Assembly (NCBI GenBank): GCA_965228855.1
Contig: CBDDIJ010000003.1
Location: 1,856,001-1,920,000 of the forward strand
Reading direction: 5' to 3'
DNA: 64,000 nucleotides
From: Candidatus Obscuribacterales bacterium
GTDB taxonomy: Bacteria; Cyanobacteriota; Vampirovibrionia; Obscuribacterales; Obscuribacteraceae
The translations under genes and the position numbers were made by a program. Below are positions 19,607 to 28,982 of this stretch, piece after piece; within the stretch, counting starts at the first letter, position 1; each line of letters starts with the position of its first letter. Under the pieces are notes generated by a model. The model was not told the origin of the DNA and searched no databases. It saw only the letters and a program-made list of their open reading frames with translations.

Positions 19607-19858
19607 CTAGCTCTGCGACTTGAGGGCCGCGGCGGCTCTGGCGCGCTCGACCAGCGCTTTCGCCCGTTCCGATGCCGACGTGTCTTCGCCGTCATCGAGC
19701 ATGTCGAATTTGGAACCTTCCAGATCCTCGAACTCGCCATTACCGAATGCCCACCACATCGCGATGATGCCGACTACGAAGAATACGGCGCATACACCGA
19801 ATGCTACGTACAATCCCGCATCAAGCGGAGCCTGGTTAAGAATACAGTTGGGACACAT
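19607..19858 (-). CDS. ccoS: cbb3-type oxidase maturation protein CcoS-like
   Basis: TM helix followed by 'WWAFGNGEFEDLE..K..MLDD'. Confidence 0.75.
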   Translation of the reverse strand: MCPNCILNQAPLDAGLYVAFGVCAVFFVVGIIAMWWAFGNGEFEDLEGSKFDMLDDGEDTSASERAKALVERARAAAALKSQS

Positions 19859-20811
19859 TAGTGCTCATCGCCTCCTGAATGTGGCTCGTACTGCTGCTTC
19901 GTGAGCTTAGGCAAACGAATAGGTTCGAGTTTGTCGAGTTGATCGAGTTTGTCGATTGTTTGCTCGACATCTTGAGGAAGAGTCTTGAGGTACGCGACAA
20001 GGTACCAACGTTCTTCTTCCGTCAAAATCAGGTTGAAGCGCGGCATTCTTGTACCGACGACGCCTTCGGACACGCGATAGAACCACATTTCATCGTCGTA
20101 CTGTTTATAGAACGGTCTGGTGAAGTTTGCAGGTTTCTTCGTCAGAGAAATCGAGTTCGGTCCGTTGCCCTTCGCTTCCAATCCATGACAGGCAGCGCAG
20201 TTTTGCGTGTAGATCCCGCGTCCGGCGTTAGCCGAAGCATCGGAATTTGTGTCTACGTGTTTTCTCTCGTGCAGTGCGAATCCAACCGGCGTGCTGACCT
20301 GATATTCATCAGGCGCTGCAACGTAATGATTGACTGTACGCTTGTTTCCGAGAGTCTGGATATAGCAGACCAGGTCGTTCATATCTCTATCATTCAGGTA
20401 GCTGAAGCTCGGCATGATCGAACCGGGCTTAACAGCGCGAGGTTGAATCAAGTGAGCTTTCTGCCATTCCGAGGGAAATTTGTTTCCTTCGTTAGTCAGG
20501 TCGGGACCGGTTCTAGCGGTACCAAGTTGGTGAGGTGTTTCATACACGTAATCACCAGCCTTAACGAGCGGTCCGTATTCACGGTCCTGCAGACGCGTGA
20601 ACTGGGTGTGGCAGTAGAAGCAACCTTCTCTTACGTAGATTCTTCTTCCGCGAACCGGGTCGCCAACTTTGGCTTCAGCTTTGTAATCGTTTCTTGTGTC
20701 AGACGGGTCTGGTCTGAACAACACCATCGGCATCAACACTGTTGAGAAGATGATGATGAAGAACGTTGAGATGATACCAATGGCACCGAGTCGGTAGCCG
20801 TAGCCATTCAT
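19858..20811 (-). CDS. ccoO: cbb3-type cytochrome c oxidase subunit II fused to an extra cytochrome c domain
   Basis: 'GRRIYVREGCFYCHTQ', 'GTARTGPDL', 'PGSIMPSF'; second heme site CAACH. Confidence 0.9.
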   Translation of the reverse strand: MNGYGYRLGAIGIISTFFIIIFSTVLMPMVLFRPDPSDTRNDYKAEAKVGDPVRGRRIYVREGCFYCHTQFTRLQDREYGPLVKAGDYVYETPHQLGTARTGPDLTNEGNKFPSEWQKAHLIQPRAVKPGSIMPSFSYLNDRDMNDLVCYIQTLGNKRTVNHYVAAPDEYQVSTPVGFALHERKHVDTNSDASANAGRGIYTQNCAACHGLEAKGNGPNSISLTKKPANFTRPFYKQYDDEMWFYRVSEGVVGTRMPRFNLILTEEERWYLVAYLKTLPQDVEQTIDKLDQLDKLEPIRLPKLTKQQYEPHSGGDEH

Positions 20812-22202
20812 TAGACTTTGACCTCCCGTGTTTTGGCCGTGACTTCGACCGCTTTAGGCGTATAAATAGTGCGGAAGGCGTTGTAGCAAAACAGCGCTTG
20901 TCCCGTCACGATCATGATGCCGCTTATGGCGCGGACGAACCAGTATGGGTACAACGTGTTGGACCACTGGTCGACCGGGAAGCCCATAGCCCAACCTGCA
21001 GACTGAACCAGTCCGGCAACGGTGAGTGAGAAGTACATGATCAAGAAGCCGATGAATTTGAGCCAGTAGTGACCGCGAACCAGTCCCATGCTGTGCCATT
21101 CTCTGCCGGTCAATCTGGGCAGCATGTAATAAACAGCTGAAGTCAGAATGAAGGAGAAAGCACCGAGCAAGGCAGCGTGCGCGTGACCGACGACCCACTG
21201 AGTGAAGTGGATATACCAGTTGATCCAGCGCGTCGCCTGGAACGGTCCCTGCAAGCAAGTCATCAAATAGAAGAGTGCAGAGGTCATCGCAAATCTTAGC
21301 GGTAGATCATCAGCCCCCTGTCCCCACTTACCCTTCATGGTCATAAAGAAGTTGGTGAGAACTGTGAATACTGGAACCAACAAGAAGATCGACGAGATGA
21401 CCGCAATCGCCTTCAACCATTCCGGAACCGGTGATTGAAGAATATGGTGTGTTCCTGTCGGAGCATAAAACAGCGCAATCCCCCAGAATCCGAGCATTGA
21501 CAGTCCGTGGCTGTACAACGGAGCCTGAGTGTAGCGAGGTATCAAGTAGTACATGATGCCGACGCCTACCGTCGTGAACCACATACCCAGGATGTTGTGG
21601 CCGTAGAACCAACCGATGATGGCGTCGTTCAAACCAGGCAAGAACACGAAAGTTCTTTGACCGATGATGTAAACGAGGGGAAACCAGAACAACGAACCGA
21701 GGAAGTACCAGAGGCTGACGTAGAGTTTTTTAACTCTGCGGTGAGCCACTGTCATCAGGACGTTGAATGTGACCGTACACAGCGCGACTGCAGCCATGCA
21801 ATCGAGGATCGCGCCGAGTTCGGCATACTCACGACCTTCCGTGTTGCCGTTCAGGAGGGTGCAGAATGCACCAATCATCAACAGGTTCCAAGCCCACATA
21901 GTGAAGTTGCCGAGGCGCTCCGAAAACAGTTTGTTTTTGCAGAGGGTCGGAACCATGTGGAACATTGAAGCGATGTAACCCATCGAAAGCCAACCGATGG
22001 TCACAGCATTTACGTGCCACATTCTTAAGTGTGGCATTGAGAACTGAGGAATGTTATGGACCAAGTCCGGGTTATAGAACTCCATGGAGGCGAAAAGACC
22101 CGCCCCCATTCCGAACAGTGACCACCACATCGCCGAAACGAGAAAGTTACGGCTGGCGCTCCCTTCCTCGTTGCTCAGGAATTTGTCTAGCAAACCGCTC
22201 AC
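20811..22202 (-). CDS. ccoN: cbb3-type (C-family) heme-copper oxidase subunit I
   Basis: 'LRMWHVN', 'WFYGHN', 'FYAPTGTHH', 'WVVGHAH' ligand motifs; about 12 TM helices. Confidence 0.93.
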   Translation of the reverse strand: MSGLLDKFLSNEEGSASRNFLVSAMWWSLFGMGAGLFASMEFYNPDLVHNIPQFSMPHLRMWHVNAVTIGWLSMGYIASMFHMVPTLCKNKLFSERLGNFTMWAWNLLMIGAFCTLLNGNTEGREYAELGAILDCMAAVALCTVTFNVLMTVAHRRVKKLYVSLWYFLGSLFWFPLVYIIGQRTFVFLPGLNDAIIGWFYGHNILGMWFTTVGVGIMYYLIPRYTQAPLYSHGLSMLGFWGIALFYAPTGTHHILQSPVPEWLKAIAVISSIFLLVPVFTVLTNFFMTMKGKWGQGADDLPLRFAMTSALFYLMTCLQGPFQATRWINWYIHFTQWVVGHAHAALLGAFSFILTSAVYYMLPRLTGREWHSMGLVRGHYWLKFIGFLIMYFSLTVAGLVQSAGWAMGFPVDQWSNTLYPYWFVRAISGIMIVTGQALFCYNAFRTIYTPKAVEVTAKTREVKV

Positions 22203-22461
22203 AAGCTACGTACTCCTAAGGACTCCAAAATCTGGAACAGTAGTGATTCTAGGCTACTGACATCAGGGTAGTTAATCTATAGCCTTGTTTTTCAATGAAG
22301 AATTATTTCAGTCGCGTTACCACAATTCCGAAAGCCCCCAGCCATCGATACAAAGCTTAACTACTGACAGTCGTATTAATGTCCTGTAAGGTTAGCGCTT
22401 TGAAACCAAATCGGTCTGATCGTCAATTTCAAAGTGATACCAAATATGGTTCTCAACTGTT

Positions 22462-23346
22462 TCAAACTTCATCTTGGAAAGGCGAGAGCCATTTTTGCTC
22501 GATCAATTTTTTCCAGCGCTGCTCGTGCACACGATGGGTTTCCGCCAGTGCGCGGACACAAGTTGTTGAAAACAACTTTAATTCGTCAGCATCGATTCCT
22601 TTTACAGGCTTCTTATTAAGTACAGCGGCGAGAATTTCCGCCGCTTTGCAATGAACATTCCGTGAACTGAGCTTTTGTTGAAACTCATCAAGAGCTGCTT
22701 CCAGTTCACTAAGTGCCTCGGTCTCCTTTTCATTTGGAGGTCGCACCTTGGGTTTTGGCTCAACAGGATTTGCCAGATTGATGCCATTAAAGCGATTGGC
22801 TGTTTCAAGTCCTCCTGCCGAGATCCAGGAAGAAGCAGTGTCGGCAGCGAGCTTTAAACTTTTTTGATAGAGGTCGACGTCTTCAGGGGCGACGCGTGAC
22901 AACACATAAGCGGCGCGGCGCGCCCCGCCAGGATCGGGACCGACTCCGACCTTCAATCGATCGAAATTGTTCTTCCCACCCAGACATTCGATTATCGACT
23001 CGATGCCATGCTGACCGCCGGCGCCGCCGCCTTGCTGCAGGCGAACACGTCCAAGAATAAAGGACACGTCGTCGTGAATCACCAGTATGTTGGGAATCTC
23101 AATCTTAAGATAGGAAGCAATAGCGCGAACGGCTTCGCCAGAGAGATTCATGTAAGTATCCGGCTTGAGGAAAATTACATCTTCGTTTTTAAATCTTGTC
23201 TTACAAAAATAGCCTTTGTATTTGCCCTCGAACTTCAGGCTCGCACCAGCTTCGATGCAGAGAGCGTCCACTACTTGAAAGCCGACGTTATGGCGGGTCC
23301 ATTCATACTGTAGCCCGGGATTACCGAGACCTACGACCAGTTTCAT
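22462..23346 (-). CDS. pth: peptidyl-tRNA hydrolase with ~100-aa C-terminal extension
   Basis: 'MKLVVGLGNPG..YEWTRHNVGF', 'KPDTYMNLSG', 'IHDD', 'GGQHGIESI'; start moved to ATG 23346. Confidence 0.92.
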   Translation of the reverse strand: MKLVVGLGNPGLQYEWTRHNVGFQVVDALCIEAGASLKFEGKYKGYFCKTRFKNEDVIFLKPDTYMNLSGEAVRAIASYLKIEIPNILVIHDDVSFILGRVRLQQGGGAGGQHGIESIIECLGGKNNFDRLKVGVGPDPGGARRAAYVLSRVAPEDVDLYQKSLKLAADTASSWISAGGLETANRFNGINLANPVEPKPKVRPPNEKETEALSELEAALDEFQQKLSSRNVHCKAAEILAAVLNKKPVKGIDADELKLFSTTCVRALAETHRVHEQRWKKLIEQKWLSPFQDEV

Positions 23347-23627
23347 TTCACAAACCCTATAGCGGAGTGAGAGCAAGTTATCGAAAGGGCGAAAACAAGG
23401 CGGCGAGCCGTTTTGCTCCAGCAGAGTCAAGTTTCCGGCACGTCGGTTGCACTGCAAGTCTACTTCCTCGCATCGTACATTATTTATAAACGGATTTATC
23501 AACGCACGCTGTGATGATCTGATCTTAAGCGCTCAACAAGAGATAATATAGTCCGACGGTATTTTTCGCACTCGCCTTCAGGCGGCGCAATGATTTAGAT
23601 CGCTTCATTTTTTAGAGAGGCTCGGAA

Positions 23628-25079
23628 ATGACTCAGAACGAAAGTCCCCAGATCCCTTATCTGCCGCATACGAAAGGCGATCGAGAGGCAATGCTGGAAA
23701 CCATCGGCGCAAAGACTTTCGAAGACCTGGTCTCCCACATTCCGAAACAACTTCGCATCGAAGCGCTGAAAGTTCGAGAAGGACTTTCTGAACTCGAACT
23801 CGTCAAAGAGATTCAAGCGCTGGCAGCAAAGAACACGCCGGCTTCGCAACAACACTCCTTCCTGGGCGGTGGTTCATATCGACGTTACGTGCCATCAGTG
23901 GTTTCACAGGTGATATCACGTTCGGAATTCGCAACAGCATATACACCATACCAACCAGAAGTATCGCAAGGCAGCTTGCAGGTCATATACGAGTTCCAGA
24001 CAGCGATTTGCCTGTTAACTGGAATGGATGTAGCAAACGCCTCGATGTACGACGGTCCGACCGCTTGTGCTGAAGCGGGTCTGATGGCCGCGCGACTCAC
24101 CAACAGAAAAAAGATTGCGATACTCCGCTCGGTAAACCCAGAATACCGCATGGTGTCTCACGCTTACGCAAAAGCATGCGGTCTCGACTTTAACGTCATT
24201 GATACCGCCGACGGCATCGTGAAGACCGACGATCTCAAGCTCGATTCAGAAACAGCCGCGCTCATCGTCCAGTATCCTAACTTCTTTGGATGCTTCGAGG
24301 ACCTGGAAGCGGTTTCTAAAAAGGCAAAAGAAGCGGGCGCTTTGCTGGTTGTCGTTACCGATCCGATCGCTCTTTCGATTCTTACGCCACCAGGAGATCT
24401 GGGAGCGGACATTGTAGTCGGCGATGCTCAGCCCTGTGGAAACTTCCTGTCATTCGGCGGTCCATCAGCCGGATACATGGCTTGCAAAAAGGATTTCGTC
24501 AGACAGCTGCCCGGTCGACTTGCCGGCATCACAGTGGATAAGAACGGGAAACGCGCTTTCACACTGACGCTTCAAACTCGTGAGCAACACATCCGCCGCG
24601 CCCGAGCGACGTCCAACATCTGCACCAACCAGGCGTTAAACGCGCTCGCCATGCTGGTTTACCTCACCCTCCTCGGCAAGACCGGATTGCAGCAAATCGC
24701 CACAATCTCTTTGCAACGAACTCACTATTTGTTCGACCAGGTGACGAAACTCACTGGCGTCAAGCCTTTATATAAGCATCAGTTTTTCAATGAGTTTGTT
24801 TTGAAATTCGATGCAAACGTCGAACACGTTTTCGAAAAGATGCAAAGCAAAGGATATCTGCCGGGCATCACGTTAACACGCATGCTTCCGGAACTGGAGA
24901 ATTGTTTACTTGTTGCGGTCACCGAGATGAATTCGAAAGAAGAGCTCGACGGTTACGTCGCCGCCATGAAAGAGACTCTTGACGAAATTGCCAGAGGCGA
25001 CCTTGCCGGCACGAAAAATGACAATCTGAGAAAAAAAGAAGCTAAAGGCATGGCGTTAGCCGGCAAGCAAGAGTCTTAA
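23628..25079 (+). CDS. gcvPA: glycine dehydrogenase (decarboxylating) subunit 1
   Basis: 'YTPYQPEVSQG', 'ANASMYDG', 'LTLQTREQHIRRARATSNICTNQAL'. Confidence 0.95.
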   Translation: MTQNESPQIPYLPHTKGDREAMLETIGAKTFEDLVSHIPKQLRIEALKVREGLSELELVKEIQALAAKNTPASQQHSFLGGGSYRRYVPSVVSQVISRSEFATAYTPYQPEVSQGSLQVIYEFQTAICLLTGMDVANASMYDGPTACAEAGLMAARLTNRKKIAILRSVNPEYRMVSHAYAKACGLDFNVIDTADGIVKTDDLKLDSETAALIVQYPNFFGCFEDLEAVSKKAKEAGALLVVVTDPIALSILTPPGDLGADIVVGDAQPCGNFLSFGGPSAGYMACKKDFVRQLPGRLAGITVDKNGKRAFTLTLQTREQHIRRARATSNICTNQALNALAMLVYLTLLGKTGLQQIATISLQRTHYLFDQVTKLTGVKPLYKHQFFNEFVLKFDANVEHVFEKMQSKGYLPGITLTRMLPELENCLLVAVTEMNSKEELDGYVAAMKETLDEIARGDLAGTKNDNLRKKEAKGMALAGKQES

Positions 25080-25130
25080 CCCGAGAAAGAAATTGTTTGG
25101 GTTTGTATAATCGAACTCAGACATCAGCTG

Positions 25131-25982
25131 ATGCTGGGTCGAAAGACTCGAGGAATTTTTCGGATGCAATCAAATCATCGTCTTGAAGAAACCACTGCCC
25201 AGGATGGTTCGGAACAGTCACGAGACGAAAGAAATGGAAACACGACGGAGCCGGCAAGAAAATCGATGAACGTTGAGACTCAAAATTCGGACAAAGTCTC
25301 TATGGTGAAGGGGCTGTTCAGAGAAGGCATTGAGCTTGTCGTCGTTACTCTCATTCTCCTGATTGTGATCAGACTCTGCATCGGCGAAGCTCGATATATA
25401 CCTTCGGCATCCATGGAGCCGACTCTGCAGATCAACGACCGTTTAATCGTCGAAAAGATAACGAAAAACCTCGGTCACCCCATTCAACGGGGCGACATTT
25501 TGGTTTTCTATCCGCCGCCGGTTGAGATGGGCGGCGTGGATTTGAAAAACGATCCGCTTACGCTGCTGGGACGCTGGACCGGTCTGCCGTTCCTTCCCAA
25601 CGATGCGGCGTTCATTAAACGCGTGGTCGGGCTTCCCGGCGACCATATTCGCATTCAACAGGGCGCAGGAGTTCTCGTCAACGGTCAGCTGCTGGACGAA
25701 TCGGGTTACATAAAGGAAATTCCAAACTACGACCTCAACGTTCTGGGCGATATACAGGGGCGAAACACGCTCGGCGAGTTTATTCACCCTTACGACAAGC
25801 GCCCGAACGACCCAATCATCGTACCGGCTGGTCATCTTTTCATGATGGGCGACAACCGCAACAATAGCGAGGACAGCCATGTCTGGGGTTTCCTGGACGA
25901 AAAACGAGTTATTGGTCGAGCCTGGGTGCTGATCTGGCGCCGTTTAAACCCGCCGACATACCCGCCAATCTTGAGCGAATAG
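25131..25982 (+). CDS. lepB: signal peptidase I (start may be downstream)
   Basis: 'YIPSASMEPTL', 'FIKRVVGLPGD', 'MMGDNRNNSEDS'. Confidence 0.93.
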   Translation: MLGRKTRGIFRMQSNHRLEETTAQDGSEQSRDERNGNTTEPARKSMNVETQNSDKVSMVKGLFREGIELVVVTLILLIVIRLCIGEARYIPSASMEPTLQINDRLIVEKITKNLGHPIQRGDILVFYPPPVEMGGVDLKNDPLTLLGRWTGLPFLPNDAAFIKRVVGLPGDHIRIQQGAGVLVNGQLLDESGYIKEIPNYDLNVLGDIQGRNTLGEFIHPYDKRPNDPIIVPAGHLFMMGDNRNNSEDSHVWGFLDEKRVIGRAWVLIWRRLNPPTYPPILSE

Positions 25983-26055
25983 CCTCAGTTTGACGCCTGA
26001 CGGTAGAACTCTGTTCAGGGAGGCGGAACCGCAGCCGCGTGTGCGCCGCGCCAGG

Positions 26056-26084
26056 TTGACATTATCGCTGTAAACCTCAATACT
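26056..26084 (+). promoter_or_regulatory. putative sigma70-type promoter
   Basis: TTGACA-17 nt-AATACT upstream of the GAF/HD-GYP gene. Confidence 0.4.
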
Positions 26085-26213
26085 TCAATTTATCGCCGGT
26101 GCGCAGGGTCTCGAGCCTTGAAACTTGTTGTTTAGTTTCCCTTCGTCGCTTCAATTTTTGCCGGTGCGAATGGGTATATAAGATCGGTGTTTCGTATTAA
26201 GGGGATTGGTTAA

Positions 26214-27725
26214 ATGGCTAAGGCTTCTGGCTCCCACACTGCTTCTACAGGCAAAGCAGCCTCAGAAGAGGACAAGAAGGCGAAAAAACCTGCAAAGGAA
26301 GCTGATAAGCCGAAGAAGGGCGCAAAAGCGCCTGTATCCAAGAATGGTACGGCTAAAGACAAGTCCCCCGAACTTCACGCTTTCGAGGAAGAGCTAAATC
26401 GGCGCGAAGTATCGCTTATCGAGCGCGAAATCAAAACAATACGGATGCAGGAAGAGCTCGATCGACTTCGCCCTCTTTCAGGTCTTTATCGAGTGGTGAA
26501 GGCGATGGCTACCGAAAGGCGCCTCGATTCGTTGCTCGACACTATCACCAGGGAAACGCAGGCAATGCTCAAAGCAGACCGCTGTAGCGTTTTCGTGGTC
26601 GATTCCACTACGGACGAACTCTGGACACAAGTAGCGCAGGGACTGGAAGGGTTCCGGATGATTCGCATACCGGTTTCCGGCACAAGCATCGTGGCTTGGT
26701 GTGCGCGTTCCGGCGACATCATCAATATTCCGGACGCCTATGACGATGAGCGTTTCGACCCTGCCGTCGACAAAGCGACTGGTTACAGAACCAGAAGCGT
26801 TCTGTGTGTACCCATGCAGAACCGCAGTGGGCAAGTGATTGGTGTATTTCAGGTTTTAAACAAAAAAGACGGTCCGTTCACAAGCGAAGATGAAGACTGG
26901 CTTGAGGGCTTGGCGGCCGTCGCAGCTGGTTTGATCGAACAAGCGCAGGCCTACCAGGAAATCGAAAGTTTCGTAGACCAGACGCTGATGGTGCTGGCTC
27001 AAACGATTGATAAACGCGACCCTCTCACCGCCGGTCACTCAATCCGCGTGACCAAGTACAGTCTGTTGATCGGACAATCACTGATCATTCCTGACGAAGA
27101 CATAGATATTTTGCGGTATTCAGCGATGATGCACGATTATGGCAAAATCGGAGTACCGGAAGCCGTGCTCTGGAAGAACGGCAGACTGACGCCGGAAGAG
27201 TATGCCTGTGTTCAAACACACGCACGCATCACTTTCGACTTGCTCTCCAACTTGCCTTTCACCAAGCGGCTTGCGGCGGTTCCATTCGTCGCGTCCTGCC
27301 ACCATGAGAAGCTTGACGGTTCAGGCTACTACCGTGGACTCAAGGGAGAAGAAATTCCATTTCTTGCGAAGATTATCGCTGTGGCAGACGTGTTCGACGC
27401 ACTAACATCTGTTCGTCACTATCGTAATCGTATGCCTATAGACAAGGTTCACGAGATTCTCGAATCCGGTCGCAACAATCACTTTGAGAGCCGCTGCGTA
27501 GACGCATTTTTGCGCCTGCCGTGCCAGCAGGTGCTGAGCGTTATGGAGTCTGAGCGCGACAGGAACTCTAGCGAAGATCTCGAGCGTTTCGGCAGTATCA
27601 CCTGGGCTCGCCTCACCGAGCTTGTGTCCGGAGCAGAACCGAAAGGCGAAGAAGCCGGCATCGTAGAAATCTTCGAACGCATGTACAACTTTGGTTTGCC
27701 TGAAGGCTATAAGGCTCTAGACTAA
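26214..27725 (+). CDS. GAF plus HD-GYP cyclic-dinucleotide phosphodiesterase
   Basis: GAF 'NIPDAYDDERFDPAVDKATGYRTRSVLCVPM...NKK'; 'HDYGKIG', 'HHEKLDGSGYY', 'VADVFDAL'. Confidence 0.92.
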   Translation: MAKASGSHTASTGKAASEEDKKAKKPAKEADKPKKGAKAPVSKNGTAKDKSPELHAFEEELNRREVSLIEREIKTIRMQEELDRLRPLSGLYRVVKAMATERRLDSLLDTITRETQAMLKADRCSVFVVDSTTDELWTQVAQGLEGFRMIRIPVSGTSIVAWCARSGDIINIPDAYDDERFDPAVDKATGYRTRSVLCVPMQNRSGQVIGVFQVLNKKDGPFTSEDEDWLEGLAAVAAGLIEQAQAYQEIESFVDQTLMVLAQTIDKRDPLTAGHSIRVTKYSLLIGQSLIIPDEDIDILRYSAMMHDYGKIGVPEAVLWKNGRLTPEEYACVQTHARITFDLLSNLPFTKRLAAVPFVASCHHEKLDGSGYYRGLKGEEIPFLAKIIAVADVFDALTSVRHYRNRMPIDKVHEILESGRNNHFESRCVDAFLRLPCQQVLSVMESERDRNSSEDLERFGSITWARLTELVSGAEPKGEEAGIVEIFERMYNFGLPEGYKALD

Positions 27726-27995
27726 CTCTGAGGTCACTGAACCTCAGCTTGAGCATTCAGATGTTCAAATCTTCAGGCTAAGACTTTTCTTAGATTGACA
27801 CCATTTTCAAGCAGAGGTTGTCGAGACCGCTGCCGGTGAGCGTTGACGCACTCGCCCAAAAGCGTGACTGGCAACGGAACGCAACGGTGAGTAACTTATG
27901 AAATGCTTCCTCTTTAAAAGCTGCCTGAGTTATTTATAGAATCTATTTTGCCCGGCACATACTATTCGCCGGCTCGTCGCTCGGTTTGAAACTTA

Positions 27996-28973
27996 GTGAC
28001 CGCAATAGGAACTATGACAACGATAAAACTATTGAGCAAAGCATTTTTCTCCGCACTACTGGCGGTAGCATTCATCGCGGAATGCGGTCCGCAGGCGTCC
28101 GCACAAGCGCCCGGCGTCGGTCGTGGAAGAATGGCCGGAATGGCTTTTCAAAATCCCGGAAGAGCACTGGAGTATGGTCAAACCGACGACTATCTGAAGC
28201 TCGACAAAGAAGGCAAGCCAATCTATAAGCCCGGCAAGGAGCCTAAGGAAAGCAATAAAACAGTCACTGTCTATGAAGACGAAAACGATGAAGTCGCAGA
28301 TGCGGAGCCGGTGAAGGAAGGCGAAGTAACTATTGTCGCCACGGTAGCGGTTCCCCACATGAAGAAGAGTCTCACTCAGGTTACTGCTTATCCTTATCCG
28401 ATGAAGCCTCCGGCGATCAAACAGAAGATCAAGCTGTTGCCGGACAAAGACAAACAGCTCAAGCAGATGATGTTGTCGACCGGCTATTTCAGCCGCGCTT
28501 CGCTGGACGTACCGTATCCGCCAGGTGGCTGGCGTTGGCAATATGCTTTTTCAAAGGCGATCAAAAACAGCAAGATATCGCTTCCGCATTCCATATTCGA
28601 GCACTACCAGTGGGCAGATCGAATGGTGCCGTTCATGAAAGAACAAACCAAAATCTACAACAGGTTTGAACGTGAGCGCGTTGACGCCTATAACGCTGCC
28701 TTGGCCGAATACAACGACAACCGCACCGAAATCGAAGACGCCTCGATGCAACGCGGACTGCAGCCAGTACCGATGAAACGTGTGTACCTTAAGAGTGGCA
28801 AAGTAGGATTGCACTATGCCGGGAATTTGAAGTCCGGCAAATGGTGGATTATCGCGACGCATCGCGTGCCGGGCTTGAAATACTTCTGGCTTTTGCCGGC
28901 TGAAATCGGCGACAAGAAAGAGCGAATTATATTGAACGAAGGCAACGCCATATACGTCGAAGGCGGCTGGTAG
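27996..28973 (+). CDS. secreted hypothetical protein
   Basis: signal-peptide-like N-terminus; long ORF. Confidence 0.7.
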   Translation: MTAIGTMTTIKLLSKAFFSALLAVAFIAECGPQASAQAPGVGRGRMAGMAFQNPGRALEYGQTDDYLKLDKEGKPIYKPGKEPKESNKTVTVYEDENDEVADAEPVKEGEVTIVATVAVPHMKKSLTQVTAYPYPMKPPAIKQKIKLLPDKDKQLKQMMLSTGYFSRASLDVPYPPGGWRWQYAFSKAIKNSKISLPHSIFEHYQWADRMVPFMKEQTKIYNRFERERVDAYNAALAEYNDNRTEIEDASMQRGLQPVPMKRVYLKSGKVGLHYAGNLKSGKWWIIATHRVPGLKYFWLLPAEIGDKKERIILNEGNAIYVEGGW

Positions 28974-28982
28974 TCGGCGCTG

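Noticed and set aside
19879..20745. Long antisense ORF (288 aa) opposite ccoO, and similar ones opposite hutU, lysC and the SagB-like gene
   Set aside because: Shadow frames of genes with biased codon usage; no motifs or RBS
23347..23627. Glycine riboswitch upstream of gcvPA
   Set aside because: No GGAGA...CCGAAG...CUCUCAGG aptamer core visible
25983..26050. tRNA-like fragment (GGTAGAAC)
   Set aside because: No T-loop or cloverleaf
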